In this document: positions 36,990 through 41,890 of the stretch, one piece after another | How positions within the stretch are numbered: position 1 is the stretch's first letter | How the letters are laid out: each line of letters opens with the position of its first letter | Assembly: GCA_003221005.1 (NCBI GenBank) | Contig: QHTZ01000026.1 | Span: forward strand, 1 to 41,890 | Origin: Gemmatimonadota bacterium | GTDB lineage: Bacteria; Gemmatimonadota; Gemmatimonadetes; Gemmatimonadales; GWC2-71-9 | DNA length: 41,890 nucleotides | Reading direction: 5' to 3' | Translations under genes and position numbers: made by a program | The notes under the pieces: generated by a model | Database searches by the model: none | Seen by the model: the letters and a program-made list of their open reading frames with translations, nothing else | What the model was told of the DNA's origin: nothing

Positions 36990-39035
36990 TGGACTCCGGA
37001 TAGTCGATGCGGTTGTGATACATCCCGGTGATACTGCGCACGAACTCTTCCTTCACCTGGTGGATCTGCTGCAACGTGATCGGGGCTTCGTCCAGCTGCC
37101 CCTGGTTCAGCTTGGTGCGGATGATGTGGTTGATCGCCTCCTCGATCTTCTCGGGCGTGAGGTCTTCCAGCACCCGCAGCGACGCTTCCACAGAGTCCGC
37201 GACCATGGTCACCGCCGTCTCGATCGAGCGGGGCTTGGGCCCCGGATAGACGAAATCCGCGGCGCGCGGCGCGGCGCCCGACCCGCTCTTCTTGGCGCGG
37301 TCGAAGAAATAGGTGATCTCGCTCGTGCCGTGATGCTCAGGAATGAAGGCAGCCACGACGTCCGGGAGCCGCGCGTCGGCGGCGAGGGCGAGTCCGTCGG
37401 TCACGTGCGCCCGGATGATCTCGGCCGACTGCCGGGCGTCGAGGCGGTCGTGGGGGTTGTTGCCGCGCGTCTGGTTCTCGACGAAGTACTGCGGGTTCTT
37501 CACCTTGCCGACGTCGTGGTAGTAGCACCCCACGCGCCCCAGCAGGCCGTTCGCGCCGACCCGGTTGCAGGCCGCTTCCACCAGGTTCGCCATCGCGATG
37601 CTGTGCGCATAGGTGCCGGGCGCCTCGAGCGACAGGCGTCGCAGCAGCGGCCGGCTGGGATCGGAGAGCTCGAGCAGCGTGAGGTCGGTCGTAATGTGCG
37701 TCAGCGCCTCGGCCACCGGGAGGAGCAGCAACGTAAGCCCGGCGGAGACGAGTCCGTTCGCCGTCCCGAGCAGCGCGCGCAACAGCGTCTCGCCCACGGT
37801 CCAGGCGCCGGTCAGGCCGATGGCCACGGCGCCGGCGAAGAACCCGGCGCCTACCATGAGCACGACCACGGCGAGGTGGCTGCGCCGCCGCAGCACCCGA
37901 ATGGAGAGGGCGGCCGAGACGCCGCCCACCACGCAGAAGAACAGGGCGGGCGAGTCGTGAAACACGGGTTGGATCCCGATGACCACGGCGAGGATCATCG
38001 CTGCGATCATGGACACGCGGCCGTTGAACAGCACGGTGAGCATCATCGCCGTGAAGGGCAGCGGGATGAGCACGGGATGCTGCGGCGCCCACCGCGAGAT
38101 GGCCGCCCCACCCGCGATGGCAGCGGCGAAGAGGAACCCGACAAGCGCCACCTGCCGCGGTTCGCGATAGGTCTCACGCCGGTAAAACAAGAGCAGCACC
38201 CAGAATATCCCGAGCACCAGACTGTCGCGCAGGATCGGGCCGAGGACGCCGAGGCCCGACCGACTGGTCGCCGCGCCGCGGCGCAGCAGCTCCTGCTGGA
38301 GTGCCACCAGGCGCTCGTGGGCCTCGCTCGTCACGACCTCGTGGGCGCCGACGATGCGCTCGCCAGCGCGCACCACGTACTTCGTGGGGTCCACACTGCG
38401 GCGCAGCTCGTCGCGCCGGCGCTCCGTTTCGACGGTGTTCGGCACCAGGGTGGGCCGGAAGAAGTGTCCGGCCAGCAGCACGTACACGGCGTCTCCCGCG
38501 GCCGAGCCCTTGTCGGGGTGGGCGAGCCGGGCGCGCGCGAGATACTGCGCGTACGACATCACCTGGTGACCCCGACTGCGAGGGTGTGATCAAAGAGGTC
38601 GGCGAGCGCGGCCTCGACGTTGCGCCGCTTCTTGCCGTTCGCGAGATAGCTCGCCTCCAGCGGGGTCAGGGCCACACCCAGATCCCGCGCCGCGCGCGTG
38701 ATGCCTGGCGCGCCCTGCCCCGACGCCGCCGCGATCCGGGCGAAGAAGACGTGCATCGCGGAGGTGGCACTGTCGAGCGCGCGTTGCTCGAACTGGTAGA
38801 TCGGCTTGACGGTGCCCGCGAGCTCCTCGGCCTCGCGCGCCAGCTCCTGGTCGGTCTTGTTCACGGAGAAGGTGAACGGTGCGACCACGTCGCGGAGGGC
38901 CACCCGCTCCTCCAGCAGCGGCGCCACATCAATCGAGCTCGAGGGAAAGAGGAGAAACGCGAGCAGCGCCAGCCCTGGTACCCAGGCCCAGCGCTCGGCG
39001 TGGTAGCGCACCTGCTCCTTGGTGGGGAGTCTCAC
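36946..39035 (-). CDS. 7TM-HD phosphohydrolase (PgpH/YqfF-like cyclic-di-AMP phosphodiesterase family), split by a frameshift/deletion near 38562
   Basis: N-terminal extracellular part (38559-39035) plus 7TM and HD domain: APGTYAHS, YYHDVGK, FVENQ, EHHGT, YPGPKP and ADSVEA. Confidence 0.85.
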
Positions 39036-39036
39036 G

Positions 39037-40005
39037 TCAGCCCTGGGCGTCTTCCGCGTAGGCTCGGATGATGTCCCGCACCAGGCGATGGCGGACCACG
39101 TCGCTGTCGTCGAGGTAGCAGAATCCGATCCCCTCGATCCCGGGGAGGATGCGCTCGACCTGGAGCAGCCCCGAGTCCTCGCGGTTCACCAAGTCGATCT
39201 GGGTCTTGTCCCCTGTAATCACCGCGCGCGAGTTCACCCCGAGGCGCGTGAGGAACATCTTCATCTGCATCCCGGTGGCGTTCTGGGCCTCGTCGAGGAT
39301 CACGAACGCGTCGGAGAGCGTGCGGCCGCGCATGTAGGCCAGCGGAGCGATCTCGATGGTGCGCGTCTCGAGCGCCTTCTGTATGCGGTCGCGCGGCACC
39401 ATGTCTTCGAGGGCATCGTACAGCGGCCGCAGGTAGGGATCCACCTTTTCCTGGAGGTCGCCTGGGAGGAACCCCAGGCTCTCCCCCGCCTCCACCGCCG
39501 GGCGGGCCAGAATGATGCGGCGCACCCGCTTCCGCGCCAGCGCGTCCACCGCCGCCGCGACCGCGAGATACGTCTTCCCCGTGCCCGCCGGCCCGATGCC
39601 CACGACGATGTCGTGCTGGGCGATCGCGCGCAGATACTGCCGCTGGCCCGCCGTCTTCGGCTGGATGACGCGCCGCAGGCCCGGCAGGATGATCTTGAAC
39701 TCGCCTCCCGCTCCCACGGGGCCACCGTCTCCCGACGGAGCCTGACGCTCCCCGCTCACGAGCCGGTCCACGTCTTCCACGCTCAGCACCTCCCCCATGC
39801 GGGCGAGGTCCACCAGGGCCTGTGCCACGAGAGTCGCGCGCTCCACTGCTTCCGGGGAGCCGCCCAGCGACAGCGTGTCGCCCCGCAGCGACACGCGCAC
39901 GCCCATTCGCTTGGCGAGCTCCACGAGATTGCCATCGTTCACGCCGGCCAGGGCCAACGGGTCAACCCCTTCCGCCGAGAGCCGCTGGATGACGTCGTCG
40001 CTCAT
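39037..40005 (-). CDS. phoH: PhoH-family ATPase (YbeZ-like)
   Basis: GPAGTGKTYLA, RPAVEAGESLGFLPGDL, PLAYMRGRT and DEAQN. Confidence 0.96.
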   Translation of the reverse strand: MSDDVIQRLSAEGVDPLALAGVNDGNLVELAKRMGVRVSLRGDTLSLGGSPEAVERATLVAQALVDLARMGEVLSVEDVDRLVSGERQAPSGDGGPVGAGGEFKIILPGLRRVIQPKTAGQRQYLRAIAQHDIVVGIGPAGTGKTYLAVAAAVDALARKRVRRIILARPAVEAGESLGFLPGDLQEKVDPYLRPLYDALEDMVPRDRIQKALETRTIEIAPLAYMRGRTLSDAFVILDEAQNATGMQMKMFLTRLGVNSRAVITGDKTQIDLVNREDSGLLQVERILPGIEGIGFCYLDDSDVVRHRLVRDIIRAYAEDAQG

Positions 40006-41707
40006 GGTCGTTTCACCTCGATGTGCAGCGCGGCGATGTCGGCGGGCTTGGCGGGGCTGGGCGCGCCCTCGAACAGCGCGCGGGCGGCCGTCGTCTTGGG
40101 GAACGCGATCACGTCGCGTAGGCTCGCCGCGCCAGCGAGCAACATGACGACGCGGTCGAAGCCGATCGCAAACCCGCCGTGCGGCGGCGCGCCGGCGGCG
40201 AGCCCCGCGAGCAGGAAGCCGAACCGCCCTTCGGCCTCAGCCGCCGACATCCCCAGATGCTTGAAGACCGTGCGCTGCACGGCGGGATCGACGATCCGGA
40301 TGGAGCCGGATCCCAGCTCATTGCCGTTGTACACGGCGTCGTAGTGCAGCGCCCGACAGGCGAACGGATCGCTGTCCAGGCGCTCCAGGTCTTCGGGGTG
40401 CGGCGCCGTGAAGGGGTGATGGGCGAACACCGGCCGCCCCGTGTCGGGCTCCGGCTCGAACAGTGGGAAGTCCACGATCCACGCGAAGGCGTGCTCGGCC
40501 TTGGGCTGGGGCGCGAGCCGCCGGATGACCTCCTGCCGCACGCGGTCGAGCACCGGCGAGGTCACGCGGTCGGGGCCCACGGTCATCAGGACCGCGTCCC
40601 CGTCGCCCGCGCCGAGCTGCCCCAGCGCCTCGACCGTGAAGTGCTTGCCGACCGAACCGGTGATCTGGTCGCCCTGGCGCTTGGCCCAGGCGAGGCCTGC
40701 CCCTCCAAGCTGCTTCGCGGCCGCTGCGAGCTGATCCACGTCCTTACGGGAGAGCGCTCCGCCACCCCGCACCGCGAGGCCGCGCACGCGCGCGCCGTCC
40801 CGGAGCGCTGATTCGAAGAACGGCACGCCCAGGGGGCGCACCTGCGCCGTCCAGTCGGCGATCGGGAAGTCGTAGCGCAGGTCGGGCTTGTCGCTGCCGT
40901 AGCGCTCCATCGCTTCGCGGTAGGCGAGGCGCGGGAAGGGGCTCGCCACACGCTGTCCGGCCTCCGCCCACTGCGCCACCAGCACCGTCTCGACGAACCC
41001 GAGGACGTCAGCCTGCGTCACGAACGACGCTTCGAGATCGATTTGTGTGAACTCCGGTTGGCGGTCGTTACGGGTGTCCTCGTCACGAAAGCAGCGCGCG
41101 ATCTGGAAATAGCGGTCGAACCCCGCACCCGCGACGGCACGAGATAGTCCCGCGCGCCTTCGGGCGTGGGCCTCGTGAGGATCGGCGTCTCGATCTCGAG
41201 GAAGCCGAGCTCGGAGAGGGTGCGGCGCGCCTGCTGCAGCAAGCGGTGGCGCAGCATCAGATTGGCCTGGAGCTCGGGACGCCGTAGGTCGAGGTGCCGG
41301 TGCTTGAGGCGCAGCTCCTCGGCGGGTAGCTCGTCTCCCTTCGCCCGCGCGACGGGGATCGCCGGCGTCGCCGCCACGCTGATCACGGTCAGGCCTGTGG
41401 CATGGACCTCGATGTCCCCGGTCGCCATCTCCGGATTCTTGGCACCCGCGGGCCGCGCCACCACCTCTCCCTCGACGAGCACCACGGTCTCGCCTCCCAG
41501 GCTCCCGGCGCGCGCTAGCACGTCGGGGGACGCCCAGTCTGGTCCGAACGCGACCTGCACCAGGCCCGCGCGATCACGCAGATCGATGAAGACGATGCCC
41601 CCGAGATCGCGCCGGCGGTGCACCCAGCCGCCGAGGCGCACCCGCTGTGTCACGTGCTCTGCCCGCAACGCCCCGCCGAGGTGCGTCCGCAGACTCGTGG
41701 CGCTCAA
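40002..41707 (-). CDS. aspS: Aspartate--tRNA ligase, broken by a frameshifting deletion near 41125
   Basis: TTG at 41707. The first frame has GWVHRRRDLGG and TPEGARDYLVPSRV; another frame has AGFDRYFQIARCFRDED, YGSDKPDLR and GAPPHGG..GFDR. Confidence 0.93.
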
Positions 41708-41890
41708 GTGCCCTGTGCTCCCTCCGCCTCGCACAGCACGCGGTAGAACTCCTCGGGCGTCCGGGCGTTCAGGAGCCGGACCCGGATGGGCTCGCGCCGC
41801 ACGAGTCGCGAGATGCGGCTCAGCGCCTTCACGTGCGCACCAGACAATGACTCCGGGCCCGCCAGCATGAAGAAGATCCGCACCGGCTCT
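41704..41890 (-). CDS. PTS EIIA (Ntr/Fru-type) protein, 3' end only
   Basis: Manual translation EPVRIFFMLAGPESLSGAHVKALSRISRLVRREPIRVRLLNARTPEEFYRVLCEAEGAQGT*; the stop overlaps the aspS TTG. Confidence 0.85.
   Translation of the reverse strand, partial: EPVRIFFMLAGPESLSGAHVKALSRISRLVRREPIRVRLLNARTPEEFYRVLCEAEGAQGT

Noticed and set aside
20040-41130. Programmed ribosomal frameshifting as the explanation for the split genes
   Set aside because: No slippery sequences at the junctions, and conserved coding segments are physically missing rather than just out of frame.

Overview
A high-GC, gene-dense bacterial chromosome segment. Its gene content and repeat style suggest Gemmatimonadota, which is an inference, not a database result. 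Left: a compact serine-cycle-type C1-assimilation operon (sga-mcl-mtkA-mtkB-hpr-ppc) between recQ and an acyl-CoA dehydrogenase. Middle: a Zn-ribbon protein, an orphan GroES-like gene, an uncharacterised membrane-protein/vWA-lipoprotein pair, a bacilliredoxin, and a TolC-MFP-RND efflux operon converging on a YncE beta-propeller/two-component module. Next is a B12-binding radical SAM enzyme whose apparent stop is very likely a selenocysteine codon (C-U-A-E-P tail plus a SECIS-like hairpin). Right: a ~19 kb co-oriented, mostly stop/start-overlapping run: PTS EIIA, aspS, phoH, 7TM-HD, ybeY, two CNNM/CBS genes, meaB, an isobutyryl-CoA-mutase-type icmA/icmB, an aeRF1-like gene, a carboxyltransferase, a TPPII-like lipoprotein protease, AtuA-like genes, a crotonase and a 54-aa membrane protein. 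Short-unit tandem or palindromic elements sit between genes and in frame inside meaB and ybeY. At least five or six genes, including essential aspS, have clean internal deletions that most likely reflect assembly or library artefacts. No rRNA, tRNA, CRISPR array or transposase was seen.
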